Positions 34,175 through 43,386 of a stretch of DNA of 62,120 bases are shown here, in pieces; position 1 is the stretch's first letter, and each line of letters opens with the position of its first letter. This stretch comes from a virus. The DNA lies in the IMG/VR virus record IMGVR_UViG_3300021387_000156, positions 1 to 62,120 of that record; one strand, written 5' to 3'. Position numbers and translations under genes: made by a program. Under the pieces are notes generated by a model. The model saw only the letters and a list, made by a program, of their open reading frames with translations. It ran no database searches and had not been told where the DNA came from.

Positions 34175-34182
34175 CAAAGATA
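34175..34182 (-). promoter_or_regulatory. -7 box TATCTTTG upstream of hicA
   Basis: TAnnTTTG match on the minus strand, ~27 nt upstream of ATG 34148. Confidence 0.5.
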
Positions 34183-34242
34183 ATGCTAATTTTTTTATTA
34201 GCAAAATAATCCGAGACAAAAAATGAAATATTAAGGGTATTT

Positions 34243-34278
34243 AACAAAATATCCCCATAAGAGTAGTTTCTTATGGGG
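34243..34278 (-). terminator. Rho-independent terminator after the DUF2693-like gene
   Basis: Minus strand: CCCCATAAG-loop-CTTATGGGG followed by ATATTTTGTT. Confidence 0.6.
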
Positions 34279-34290
34279 ACTCTCCTTGTC

Positions 34291-34626
34291 TCATACGGCC
34301 ATGGCGATGAAGTTCTCAACTCGGAAGGAACGGAAGGCGTTCTTCTTGGTGTCCCAGTAGCACATTGTGCCGTAGTTGGGCGCTTTTTTGCTGCCCTTTC
34401 GGAAAGTGATGCCGGCAGGAAGGTTGCACAGGGTGCCGTAGGCGACGCGGGCACTGCCATCGACTTTCTCGTAGTAGAACTTTACCACTCCCTGGCGCAT
34501 CAGCTTGGCCAGTCGGTAAAGTTGCCATGCTTTCTTGAGGGCGTTGCTCCAAGTGGTGACGGTGGTCACAAAGATGTGGTGAGCATAGCTCATGACTCTC
34601 ACGCGGAAACTTGATGTCGTTTTCAT
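34291..34626 (-). CDS. DUF2693-like SH3-barrel protein
   Basis: VVKFYYEKVDGSARVAYGTLCNL pattern typical of the Bacteroidota DUF2693 family; driven by a full early-type cassette. Confidence 0.5.
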   Translation of the reverse strand: MKTTSSFRVRVMSYAHHIFVTTVTTWSNALKKAWQLYRLAKLMRQGVVKFYYEKVDGSARVAYGTLCNLPAGITFRKGSKKAPNYGTMCYWDTKKNAFRSFRVENFIAMAV

Positions 34627-34756
34627 AAAAAGATGAATTAAATGTTTGACTTTTAGTGAATTGTTTGTTTTCTTTTAGTATTGCAAAGTTAATACCAAAG
34701 TGCCTTTGGACGGTTCTCTTTTTTGCCGTTTTTTTCGTCATCGAACTTTATTTAAC
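34627..34756 (-). promoter_or_regulatory. Early-type promoter/leader cassette, copy h (inside the tail module)
   Basis: Minus strand reads GTTAAATAAAGTTCG (34756-34742), AAAAAAACGGCAAAAAAGAGAACCG, TAACTTTG (34691-34684), AAGTCAAACATTTAATTC (34652-34635), then ATG at 34626. Confidence 0.65.
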
Positions 34757-34778
34757 GTGATTGTTCTTAATGACTTAT

Positions 34779-35249
34779 CTACTTAACATTGACCAACTTT
34801 GCCAACATTCTGCGCCCGTCATGTACCCTGCGCTTGACCGTCCCGAGCGGTACGCCCCTGGCAGTGGCCACCTCTTGCAGGGTGTAGCCTTTCGCCACAT
34901 CCATCAGAGTCTCCACCGCCACGCTGACTCGGCATCGATCAATGGCTGATAGCACGTCGCCTACCATGACACGCTGGTCGGCTTCCTCTCCTCCTGGCTC
35001 ATCCCAATCGCCAAGTGGCTGGGTCTGGGTGACGGATAGTTTATGTTCGGTGTTCGTCCAAAGGTTTCGCATGATAACCCGGCACCATGCGAGCAACGGA
35101 CGGGTCTCGTCGTAGCGGTCGCGGGCTTCCAGCGCCCTCACCACTGTGTCGGCGGCAAGATCGTGCGCCCGGTCATCGTGATAGTAGTACCTACTCGCTA
35201 TCGCCAAGAGCGAGTAGTACGCCTCCACGATAGCTGCATCAAAGTTCAT
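34779..35249 (-). CDS. ECF-type sigma-70 family RNA polymerase sigma factor
   Basis: Region 2-like LLAWCRVIMRNLWTNTEHK; region 4 HTH GYTLQEVATARGVPLGTVKRRVHDGRRMLAKL. Confidence 0.65.
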   Translation of the reverse strand: MNFDAAIVEAYYSLLAIASRYYYHDDRAHDLAADTVVRALEARDRYDETRPLLAWCRVIMRNLWTNTEHKLSVTQTQPLGDWDEPGGEEADQRVMVGDVLSAIDRCRVSVAVETLMDVAKGYTLQEVATARGVPLGTVKRRVHDGRRMLAKLVNVK

Positions 35250-35409
35250 GGCTCATCAGAAGCATCTGCCGGGCCGCTTGCTTCATCTCATTGATAAGGT
35301 TGTCCATCCTTCTTTCTCTCTCAAGCATCGCCTTCATGTAGTCGATGTCTTTTCGCACCGCACGCACCTCGTTGCGCAGTCTGCGGATTTGTTGCTGTGT
35401 TCTTCCCAT
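35239..35409 (-). CDS. small coiled-coil protein (56 aa; below the track cutoff) overlapping the sigma-factor start
   Basis: Manual translation gives MGRTQQQIRRLRNEVRAVRKDIDYMKAMLERERRMDNLINEMKQAARQMLLMSHEL; 11-nt overlap with the sigma ATG. Confidence 0.4.
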   Translation of the reverse strand: MGRTQQQIRRLRNEVRAVRKDIDYMKAMLERERRMDNLINEMKQAARQMLLMSHEL

Positions 35410-35520
35410 TTTATTGTGTGTTTTTAGTTAGGCGTGCTGTTGTGGGTGCAAAGTAACTACATGAGTGTGCCACACTCTTACACACTTAATATAATTATTG
35501 TGAATTATTGTGATTTTACC

Positions 35521-35709
35521 GTTCTTTTGGCCACAAATTAGGGTGAAAATTGCCCTTTTAATGCCTTGAAAATGGGCGTTTTAGTGCCGAAAATTGAGTG
35601 AAATGGGAGAGAAAAATGAGCGAAATAGTGCCCTTTGAGGGCTATTTTAGGCCGATTTTGGACGGATTTTAGTCAGTTTTTGGGCGATTTTTGCGCAAAA
35701 AAGGGCGCG
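35521..35709. repeat. Array of ~17 helically phased (about 11 bp) A/T-tract + G/C-cluster units
   Basis: GAAAAT-type units (gtgaaaattgccc, ttgaaaatgggcg, cgaaaattgagtg, gaaaaatgagcg) switch to ATTTT-type units (ctattttaggcc, gattttggacgg, attttagtcag, tttttgggcg, atttttgcgc). G/C clusters are spaced 8-14 bp apart, mean ~11. Confidence 0.7.
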
Positions 35710-35762
35710 AGATATTCCGCACCCTCCAACAATCGCAGTATATAGGTAGGCAAACTGAATGA

Positions 35763-36368
35763 TTACAGGAACATTCCCATACTGGGAGGCATCTTCGCCA
35801 ACGCTTTGCTCCGCTCGCTGGCCGAGTGGACCAGGTTGGCGTAGATGGCGGCGTTGAGCGTGGCTGGGTCTATGCTCGTCTTCAACATCGACATCACGAA
35901 AGCAATCTCACTGTACCATGACTTACGGATGTCTTGCATCCTTGTCACTTTCTTGGTCACTTTCTCCTGACTAAGTTCCTCGTGACGCTTGATTTCGTAC
36001 ACTACCTCGTCGAGCATCGCCTTGCAGCGCGCCCTCACCTTGTCATCGGTATCTATGAGGTGGGCCGACACGTCAAGTTCGAGCAGAACGTCCCTCGCCA
36101 TGTCGGGGCGGTCTTGACTGCACAGAGCCATGCAGATGCGCAGACATTTCTCCTTCATGCGGAACTTGGTCATTTCCTCGGCTTCTATCATGTCCATCTT
36201 CGCCTGGTTCGGGGAAGCCATGCTCTTGTACTCGTCGAGGATTTTGCCGGCACGCTCCATGATGTCGGCCTCATCGGGTTTCTCGTCACCCACAAGCAGA
36301 ACCGACCTATCGCCACACGACAGGTCTATAAGGTTCTGCAATGTCAGTTGGTCAAGTCTCTCTATCAT
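35763..36368 (-). CDS. hypothetical tail protein (201 aa) following the tape measure
   Basis: Track ORF; ATGA-type overlap with the tape-measure stop. Confidence 0.55.
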   Translation of the reverse strand: MIERLDQLTLQNLIDLSCGDRSVLLVGDEKPDEADIMERAGKILDEYKSMASPNQAKMDMIEAEEMTKFRMKEKCLRICMALCSQDRPDMARDVLLELDVSAHLIDTDDKVRARCKAMLDEVVYEIKRHEELSQEKVTKKVTRMQDIRKSWYSEIAFVMSMLKTSIDPATLNAAIYANLVHSASERSKALAKMPPSMGMFL

Positions 36369-39300
36369 ATTCTACTGGCGATGTAAGCGTTGAACTTTTG
36401 ACGTTTCAGTTGACGCGCCATGTCAGTGCGGAAGTCTCGTAGTTCTCGGGTCACGGCTTTGGTGTTGCTCGCCACACGGCTCTCCAACGCCGAATAGTCG
36501 TTGATGATAATCGGCGCACCCGTCACTCGGTCGCGGGGGATGTTCGACACGGCACTCATGAGGGCGACACGCTCCGCATCGGGTAGCACTTCCGCACCTT
36601 TCGGCAGATCCACAAGCGTCGGGCTGTCGGGAGTGACCCACGCCTTGCAGTTAGACACCACCAACTCGGCTTTGTCACCGTCACCCACGAGAGCGAGACC
36701 ACCAGGGTGAGGCTTGCCCTGCGTACCCTCGGCATAAGCCTTGATGGGCTGCGCCAGCGCGGTGGCGATTTGCACGGCACCCATCGCGCCAACGAACACC
36801 GAAAGTGGAATGTTGGGCGGCCACATGGCGAGAGCCTGCATGATGCCGAGAGCGGTGGCGATGCCGATTTGAGCAATGCTGTTCGCTTTCTCCATGACGG
36901 CTTTCTTGTACTCCAGTTGCGCTTTGCGTTTCTCCAGTTGCTCTTGCTTGGCTGCGGTGGCGGCAGCGGCTTCACGTTTGCGGATTTCTGCCTCCTCACT
37001 GGTGATGGCACCACGCTCGGCGAGGTACTCGATGTGTTCCACCTCTTGGTCGTAACGCTGCTGCTCGGCCTCGAGCAATTCATCTATCTTGGCGATTTGG
37101 TTGTCGTACATGGCGGACATGAACTCGCCGATGCGCTGAATAGCCTCACCGGCCTTCTGCACCCAGTTCTGCAAGTTTTGGTTGCGCTGGTCGCGTGCTC
37201 GCTTGTCGGCCTCCACGGTGTCCTCGATGCTCTTCTTTTCCTGCTCGGCTTCCTGCTGGGCGAGTTGAGTGGTAGCCTCGGTGAGTTCACGACGGATGCG
37301 CTCGCGCTCTTCCTCGCTGAGGTCGGCGACTTCCAACTCTTTTTGCAGCGCGGCGATGTTCGCCTTGACGGTCTCGTTGGCGTACTGGTTATCGAGTTGC
37401 TCTTTCTTCTTGTTGTAGAGCTCGGTGACTTTGGTGGTATCCTCGCCCTTTTGGTGGGCGACTCTCAACGCCTCGGTGTACTCCTTGTAGAGGTTTGCGA
37501 CCTCGTTTTGGTACTGCTGGTTGCGAACCACCTGCTCGCCGGCTGCGGCATTGGCTATCTTCTCCACTTCCTGGTCGGCGATTTCCTGCTTGTGTTCAAG
37601 GACAGCATCGTCAATTTCTTTTTTCCGCTGCGCACGCTGCTTGTCGATGTTTTCCTCAATCTGGTCATGAGCAGTAATGATATTCAATCGCTCGGTCTCA
37701 TACTCCTCATCGGACATCTTCTTCGCTTTGTGCGATGCGTCAAGTTCTGCAAGCAACTTGTCACGGCGCTTGTCGTTGGCATCTTTGTCAACTTCGGCTT
37801 GCTTGTCGGCAGTCTCCTTGCTAATCTCAACCCACTTATCGGAGAACTCCTCAACGAGGTCTTCGCGACCTTTGAGCGCATCCAAAAGAACTTTGTTCAC
37901 CTCATCTTGGATGTCTTTGAACTCTTTTACCTGCTGTGCATTATTAGTACCGCCGCCACGATTGGTTTTATTGGTTGTCGTTGTGCCTGTACCGCCGCCA
38001 CGGAAGTTGGCGGCAGTAGTGACACCGCCGTTTTCAGCAAGCATTTTCTCAGCAGGTGTGCGCAATTTCTCGTACTTTTTCTGTACTTCTTCGATGTTTT
38101 TCTTGTTCTCCTCTCTTGCGCGTTTGATACGTTCCTGGTTCAAGGCCTCAACACCAGCATCGTTCAATGCCCAATAGCTTGACCAACCTGCATTATAGTT
38201 CGCGTAAGGATTTGAGCCATCCTTTTGGTGCTGTCTGATAAATGCCTGGTCTGCTTCTGGGAGATCGGAAACCTTTGTTCCCGATTTAGCAGGGGTGTAA
38301 TAGACAGTTGACAACTTCTCCAACTCGGCGAGCTCCATCTGCGTCAATTTAATGATTTCTTGGTAGGCTGCCATAGCCTTCGCACGCTTGATTATTGCGT
38401 CAGTAACGGCTTTCGTCGCCTTGTTGAGGAAGTCTTCGGCAGTATTGATACCGCCTATCTTACCACCTGCATAATCGGCCTCTTTGGCAAGATCGTTGAA
38501 GTCCTTTTGATTTTGTTTCAAAAACTCGGTTTTCTCCAAGTCTGTTTTCAGATTGTTCCAACCATCTTGCAACATCTTGTACTTGGCAAGCAAAGTACCG
38601 GCTTGCTGAGCCATCGTGTCCGCCATTTCCTCACGGACATCCTTTAGTGTCATGGCTTTCTCGGCTGCTTCCTCGTCAGCTTCAGTGGCTTCTTTGGTCG
38701 CAGCGGTATAACCGACAATCAAGCCTATAACGGCGAGAATGGCGGTCGCGAGCAACACATAGGGGTTGGCCTTAGCCACGGCATTGAACGCGGCCTGCGC
38801 TATCGTCTGAGCCTTTGTCGCGCCGGTAGCCGAAGTGGTGGCGGCAGCCTCAATCCTCGCGGCGGCGGCAGCAGCCTTGCTTTGAATGATAGCAATGCCT
38901 TTCATCAAGTTCGACTGTTTCTGCGTGGCGTTCTGTATCACCTGCAACGCCTGTACAGCCTGCATGGCCTGTTGTACCTTGAGCATACTCGCTTGCAGGC
39001 TCTCCTCGCTCGCGCCGAAGGCTTGCGCTGCCGTGGCACATAGACCGAACACGGAGGCCGTGACTTGCCCGGCCTCGTTCAGCGTGTCCCACGTCCTTGT
39101 GTCACTCGCCGAGTTGGAGATACTTTCCTTGACATCGCCGAGGACATCTTTCAGTTCTCCGGCCTTCTCGGTCATTTCCTGTATCTTTTGCTTCAACTCC
39201 TGCCCGGCGGCACTCTCTTTCTCGGCGGCAGTCATGTGCTCATACTCCAGCGTGCACGCGGCAATCTCCATCGTCATTTCCTTGAGGTCTTTACGAATGG

Positions 39301-40486
39301 ACTGCGGTGCGGCATCGGCAGCAACGGCATCTACCTGGCCCTTGAGCGCGGCAATCTTCTGCGTTAGGTCGGTCATCTTCTGCGACAACTCCTTGCCCCT
39401 CGCGCTCTCTTTCTCGGCATCGCTCATTCTTCCATACTCGTTGGCCATGGCCGTTAACTCAAAGGTTAACCGGGTTATCTGCTGACCTGCGGCGCTGTTC
39501 GCCACCGCTGCGTTCACCTCTTCCATCGCGGCACGGAACGTTGCGGCTTTCTCTGTGAGCGCATCAATCTGCTCTTTCAGCGCCTGACCCTCCTCGCTCT
39601 CTCGCTGGGCATCGTCCATTTCGCGGTACTGGATGGTCAGCCCCGTAAGCACCTCCTGCAACTCGCCGTAGGACTTCTTCAATCCGCCCTGGGCGATTGC
39701 GTAGTTACCGACATTGCGCTGAAACTCGCCCATGTCGGCGGCAAGGTCTTTCAGTCGCGCGTCAAGGTTCTGTATCTCGGCCTCCAACGCTTTGCCTTCC
39801 TCGCCCGCTTTCTCGTCCTCGTTGAGCCCTTTCTGCGCTTTCTTGAGCAATTCCAGCTGTTGCGACAGATGGACATACGACCCCTCGGCGGCGTTCATCT
39901 CTTTCGCCTGGACACGGACCACACTCGCCACCTCCTGCATGGCGGCTTTGAGTTTGTTCTGCTCGGCCATGAGGTTGCCACTGCGACGGATGGCCTCGGC
40001 ATCGGTTATCTGCCCGTTCTTGCGCATCTCATCAACTTTCTTCAGTTCGGCTTTGTTCCTCGCCAACTCGGCGGTGTACTTCGCCAACTGCCGGGTGTTC
40101 TCCTCGTAGGTGCCGACTATCTGCTCGGCAATGCGCAATGCCTCTTGGTTCTGCGTGAAGGCGGCTCGCTGGCTCTTGTTGAGCTTCTCCTGCTCCATCA
40201 ACTGCCGCGATATGGTGTTGGTGGTGTTGGCTATCACCTGCTGTTGCTGCTGCAACTGCTGGGTGTACTGCTGCGCGGCTTGACCGGCACGCTGCATGGT
40301 GGTGTTGGTCAACTCACGAAGCCTGTCAAGGTCGCCGGTGACCTCGACAGGTATCTTAATCCCTCGGGCAAGTTCCCTGGCGCAGTCCTGGAACTGCGTC
40401 AGCGTGCCCTCCATCTTGCGGTCCAACTCTTCCAGCTGGTCTAACGCCTGCTGCGACACAAGGTCGGTAATCAGTGTCTCGTTCAT
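36365..40486 (-). CDS. tape measure protein (1373 aa)
   Basis: Long coiled-coil sequence with a central hydrophobic segment (ANPYVLLATAILAVIGLIVGY) and four tandem ~65-aa repeats (..AEKESA.G.EL.QK...); canonical position. Confidence 0.8.
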   Translation of the reverse strand: MNETLITDLVSQQALDQLEELDRKMEGTLTQFQDCARELARGIKIPVEVTGDLDRLRELTNTTMQRAGQAAQQYTQQLQQQQQVIANTTNTISRQLMEQEKLNKSQRAAFTQNQEALRIAEQIVGTYEENTRQLAKYTAELARNKAELKKVDEMRKNGQITDAEAIRRSGNLMAEQNKLKAAMQEVASVVRVQAKEMNAAEGSYVHLSQQLELLKKAQKGLNEDEKAGEEGKALEAEIQNLDARLKDLAADMGEFQRNVGNYAIAQGGLKKSYGELQEVLTGLTIQYREMDDAQRESEEGQALKEQIDALTEKAATFRAAMEEVNAAVANSAAGQQITRLTFELTAMANEYGRMSDAEKESARGKELSQKMTDLTQKIAALKGQVDAVAADAAPQSIRKDLKEMTMEIAACTLEYEHMTAAEKESAAGQELKQKIQEMTEKAGELKDVLGDVKESISNSASDTRTWDTLNEAGQVTASVFGLCATAAQAFGASEESLQASMLKVQQAMQAVQALQVIQNATQKQSNLMKGIAIIQSKAAAAAARIEAAATTSATGATKAQTIAQAAFNAVAKANPYVLLATAILAVIGLIVGYTAATKEATEADEEAAEKAMTLKDVREEMADTMAQQAGTLLAKYKMLQDGWNNLKTDLEKTEFLKQNQKDFNDLAKEADYAGGKIGGINTAEDFLNKATKAVTDAIIKRAKAMAAYQEIIKLTQMELAELEKLSTVYYTPAKSGTKVSDLPEADQAFIRQHQKDGSNPYANYNAGWSSYWALNDAGVEALNQERIKRAREENKKNIEEVQKKYEKLRTPAEKMLAENGGVTTAANFRGGGTGTTTTNKTNRGGGTNNAQQVKEFKDIQDEVNKVLLDALKGREDLVEEFSDKWVEISKETADKQAEVDKDANDKRRDKLLAELDASHKAKKMSDEEYETERLNIITAHDQIEENIDKQRAQRKKEIDDAVLEHKQEIADQEVEKIANAAAGEQVVRNQQYQNEVANLYKEYTEALRVAHQKGEDTTKVTELYNKKKEQLDNQYANETVKANIAALQKELEVADLSEEERERIRRELTEATTQLAQQEAEQEKKSIEDTVEADKRARDQRNQNLQNWVQKAGEAIQRIGEFMSAMYDNQIAKIDELLEAEQQRYDQEVEHIEYLAERGAITSEEAEIRKREAAAATAAKQEQLEKRKAQLEYKKAVMEKANSIAQIGIATALGIMQALAMWPPNIPLSVFVGAMGAVQIATALAQPIKAYAEGTQGKPHPGGLALVGDGDKAELVVSNCKAWVTPDSPTLVDLPKGAEVLPDAERVALMSAVSNIPRDRVTGAPIIINDYSALESRVASNTKAVTRELRDFRTDMARQLKRQKFNAYIASRI

Positions 40487-40487
40487 C

Positions 40488-40676
40488 TCAATACTGCGTT
40501 ATGATTTCTTCAAATGTTCCGTTATAAGCCTCGCCCTCGGTGACGAAGCGGAAGAACCCCTCTGGGGTCTTGTAGAGGACTTGCGCCTTGCCCTCGAGCA
40601 GTGCGGTCTTCTTGGCGAGGTCGCGCTGCTTGGCCCTGTCCCTCTGCCATTGCTCATGAATGCACCTGCAACTCAT
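40488..40676 (-). CDS. small tail-assembly-position protein (62 aa)
   Basis: ATG at 40676 forms an ATGA overlap with the upstream stop; immediately upstream of the tape measure. Confidence 0.45.
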   Translation of the reverse strand: MSCRCIHEQWQRDRAKQRDLAKKTALLEGKAQVLYKTPEGFFRFVTEGEAYNGTFEEIITQY

Positions 40677-41218
40677 ACCCTCGAATACCATTGCCGTAAC
40701 CACGGCCATAGAAAATGTTCGTTGAAATGTCCCACCGAGGGCTCGGCAAGGCCAAAGATCTGCGAGCCGTACTTGCGCTCCACGGCGGGGCCCTCGTCCC
40801 AGCCAAAAGTGAAGATTTCGACACCCTGCGGGGTGGCTTTGGAGTCGATAGAACCATGGAATGTGCCGACGATGAACAGGTTCGGCGTGTCGCTCGACCT
40901 CGCCGGAAGTCCCAGACGCTGGCTCGCCGACGGCGGCGTGATGCGCTGCTTCCAGGCGATGTAACGCTCGGGGTGCATGAAGCACGACACCCAGTGGTCG
41001 GCATCCTCGTCAAAGAACCCTGCACGCGGGTCACGGAAGTATGGGTCTTGGCTGTAAGACGGCGAGAGCGGTGCGCCACGGCCATCAATACCCGACCACA
41101 GCTGCTCGCGCACGGACACAACCATTTCGTGCTTGTTGTCGCCCATGCACTGCACTATCTGCGGCTTGATGCCGTCCTTTGTGCGCCGTATCTTTTCGCG
41201 CATTTCTTTGATGTTCAT
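40673..41218 (-). CDS. hypothetical protein (181 aa) in the tail-assembly-chaperone position
   Basis: ATG at 41218; between the major tail and tape-measure genes. Confidence 0.5.
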   Translation of the reverse strand: MNIKEMREKIRRTKDGIKPQIVQCMGDNKHEMVVSVREQLWSGIDGRGAPLSPSYSQDPYFRDPRAGFFDEDADHWVSCFMHPERYIAWKQRITPPSASQRLGLPARSSDTPNLFIVGTFHGSIDSKATPQGVEIFTFGWDEGPAVERKYGSQIFGLAEPSVGHFNEHFLWPWLRQWYSRV

Positions 41219-41286
41219 AGTCGGTTTGAAAAAAGGGTGCACGTCACACTCGGCGGCGCGCACCCTGTCGGGAGTTAATGGGGGAA

Positions 41287-41460
41287 TTAGGCTTTCTTTT
41301 CCTTACCGGCGATGCGCTCATAGACGTCCGCCAACATCTTTTTGCGCGTCTCTTTGTCACGGTCAAGCCAGAAGTTGTCAATGTGGAGTTTGATGAACAC
41401 CTCCTTCGACATCGCTTTGACCGCTTCCGTGACAAAGGTTACACCCTCATACTTGTACAT
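41287..41460 (-). CDS. small hypothetical protein (57 aa; below the track cutoff)
   Basis: Manual translation gives MYKYEGVTFVTEAVKAMSKEVFIKLHIDNFWLDRDKETRKKMLADVYERIAGKEKKA; TGATG overlap with the major tail stop. Confidence 0.45.
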   Translation of the reverse strand: MYKYEGVTFVTEAVKAMSKEVFIKLHIDNFWLDRDKETRKKMLADVYERIAGKEKKA

Positions 41461-42308
41461 CAGCCTACGAATGGCTCAATGCCGTAGATGCCGTTAGTCG
41501 CGAGAACGCTCGCCAGTTTCAGCGTGGGAGTGGTCGTGCCACTGGCCAGCGTGATGGTGAGGTATTTGTTCGCGGCGTCGTAGGTGGCGGCGGTAGCACC
41601 AGTGAGGACATTCGAGGCATTGTCGGCGATGAGTTCGCCATACTTGGCGGTGGCGTCGCCCTTTCCGTAGAACTCAACCAACTTGTAGTTGTTGCCGGTG
41701 GTACCGACTTTCTCCAGCGTCACAGGCATCAAGCCATAGACAGCCGATCCGGCCGAGAACTCGAGATGCACAACGTCAAGCTTAATCATGTACTCCTCAA
41801 CGTCGATGTACGACACGTTCACGGCGAGCGAAGCCTTGTCGCTTGCGCCCGGGTGGTCGTTGCCGCTCGGATAGATGGTCACAGGAATACCGGCGAGGGT
41901 CTCCGTGCCGTCGTTGAGGCCGTAGAGGTTGTTCTTCGCGTCGATAAGGTACATGTCGAACTCCTCGTCAACGTTCTTGAGGATTTCGGCACGCAGATAG
42001 TGACGGTACTTGTCGATAGTGAACGCATCGGTGCGTGCGCTTACACCGTTGTACACGTTGGGGCCGTAACCCACCTGTGAGGTCTGCACCTCGCCGCCGT
42101 TGGGCTCCCAGTTGATGATTTGGGGGAAGCCGTAGGCGCGGTTAGGCAGGTCAGCATGACACATAGCACGCAGATTGTCGAGCGTGTCATACTCCAGTTT
42201 CACTCCGTGCTTGGTCAGCAGGAGGTACTTGATTTTGTCGTAGTTGATTTCGCAAACCGACTTGCCAGTAGAGAAGCTGTTGCTGGCACAGGAACGAATT
42301 TTTGACAT
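41460..42308 (-). CDS. major tail protein (by position)
   Basis: 282-aa ORF between the head-tail joining genes and the chaperone/tape-measure genes. Confidence 0.5.
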   Translation of the reverse strand: MSKIRSCASNSFSTGKSVCEINYDKIKYLLLTKHGVKLEYDTLDNLRAMCHADLPNRAYGFPQIINWEPNGGEVQTSQVGYGPNVYNGVSARTDAFTIDKYRHYLRAEILKNVDEEFDMYLIDAKNNLYGLNDGTETLAGIPVTIYPSGNDHPGASDKASLAVNVSYIDVEEYMIKLDVVHLEFSAGSAVYGLMPVTLEKVGTTGNNYKLVEFYGKGDATAKYGELIADNASNVLTGATAATYDAANKYLTITLASGTTTPTLKLASVLATNGIYGIEPFVG

Positions 42309-42310
42309 AG

Positions 42311-42877
42311 TTATCTGCAGGTTTGATTGTTTACTTTGATTTCCAAAGAGCGGATGTCGATTGCGTCAATCGGCTCGCTCACTTCCTGACCACTCGGTGT
42401 CACCGCACCGTAACGGCCATAGTCGAAGTTCTTGCTCATCGTATGGGGGACGAACTCGGTCTCGCCATAACCCCAGTCGAAACGGGGGTCAGCCAACAAT
42501 ACTTCTATCAACTTTTCGTAGATAGGCAACAATATGCGTTTGAACGAGGTCTCCATACGTTTCTCATTAGACCAGTCTTTCTTAGACGAACAGGCGATGA
42601 TGAGGTTGATTTTCGTCTTGTACTGGTAATCGGCACTGTCAACGGTAATCACGTTCGGTGTCTGCAAAGCAATCAATGGGAACTTCACCGGCATGGCATT
42701 AGCACCCTTCGAACGCTCGTCGAGCATGTCCTTGATATACTGCGCAGAGCCGAAAATATAGTTCACGTCAACAGGCGACACCTCGTCGGTGGTGCCGTCA
42801 GGCTTGGTCTTGATGATGGTCACTGCCTGACCAACAGCATCGACTACACTCTTGAAAATTTCCTCTATCTGGTCCAT
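42311..42877 (-). CDS. tail completion / terminator-position protein
   Basis: ATG at 42877 (the track start at 42880 is GTG); position. Confidence 0.45.
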   Translation of the reverse strand: MDQIEEIFKSVVDAVGQAVTIIKTKPDGTTDEVSPVDVNYIFGSAQYIKDMLDERSKGANAMPVKFPLIALQTPNVITVDSADYQYKTKINLIIACSSKKDWSNEKRMETSFKRILLPIYEKLIEVLLADPRFDWGYGETEFVPHTMSKNFDYGRYGAVTPSGQEVSEPIDAIDIRSLEIKVNNQTCR

Positions 42878-43377
42878 CACAAGTTGAACTGGTTAATGGG
42901 AGTTACCATATCGACATAATAGAACACATCATAGTCGCTCTCCTCCGCCCATGCAACGAATTGCTTGTTCAACTCCACCATGTCATTCCACACCTTCACC
43001 ATGCGCTGGCGAGGTGCCTGGTTGTCGTTGGCAGACTTCAACTTCATCAAGCCGGTAATGGTCATGGTTTGGTTGACGTCTCCAACGAGTTTGAAATAGA
43101 CATAGTGCGCGAACGAGGGTCGCAGTTTCTCGCACAACTCCTCCATCGCCTCGTCGGTGTAGTTCTCGTCCTCACCCCGTTCTTTGAGATAGACGGTCAC
43201 ATCGGCGGACAATTCCTTGCCGACCATCTTCAACAGGAACTCGCCCTGGTACCGCTCAATGTAACCGGTGATGGTCTCTTGAACGGCAATAGCGTTGTTG
43301 TCGAGGTCGTCAATGGGATGTGCGTTCATGATCTGCAGCGGCCCGACGTAGAAATATGAGCAATCTATGAGGTTCAT
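42877..43377 (-). CDS. head-tail adaptor-position protein
   Basis: Track ORF; position downstream of the capsid genes. Confidence 0.45.
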   Translation of the reverse strand: MNLIDCSYFYVGPLQIMNAHPIDDLDNNAIAVQETITGYIERYQGEFLLKMVGKELSADVTVYLKERGEDENYTDEAMEELCEKLRPSFAHYVYFKLVGDVNQTMTITGLMKLKSANDNQAPRQRMVKVWNDMVELNKQFVAWAEESDYDVFYYVDMVTPINQFNL

Positions 43378-43386
43378 GGTTCGATA

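Noticed and set aside
36707-38182. 491-codon plus-strand ORF (and several others) antisense to the tape measure gene
   Set aside because: This is a shadow ORF of a repetitive, coiled-coil-encoding region. The low-complexity Leu/Val/Gly-rich translation has no independent signals.
40488-41218. Programmed -1 frameshift (G/GT-type) between the two ORFs upstream of the tape measure
   Set aside because: The two ORFs are joined by an ordinary ATGA stop/start overlap. I did not see a slippery heptamer at the junction. Cannot be excluded without homologue comparison.
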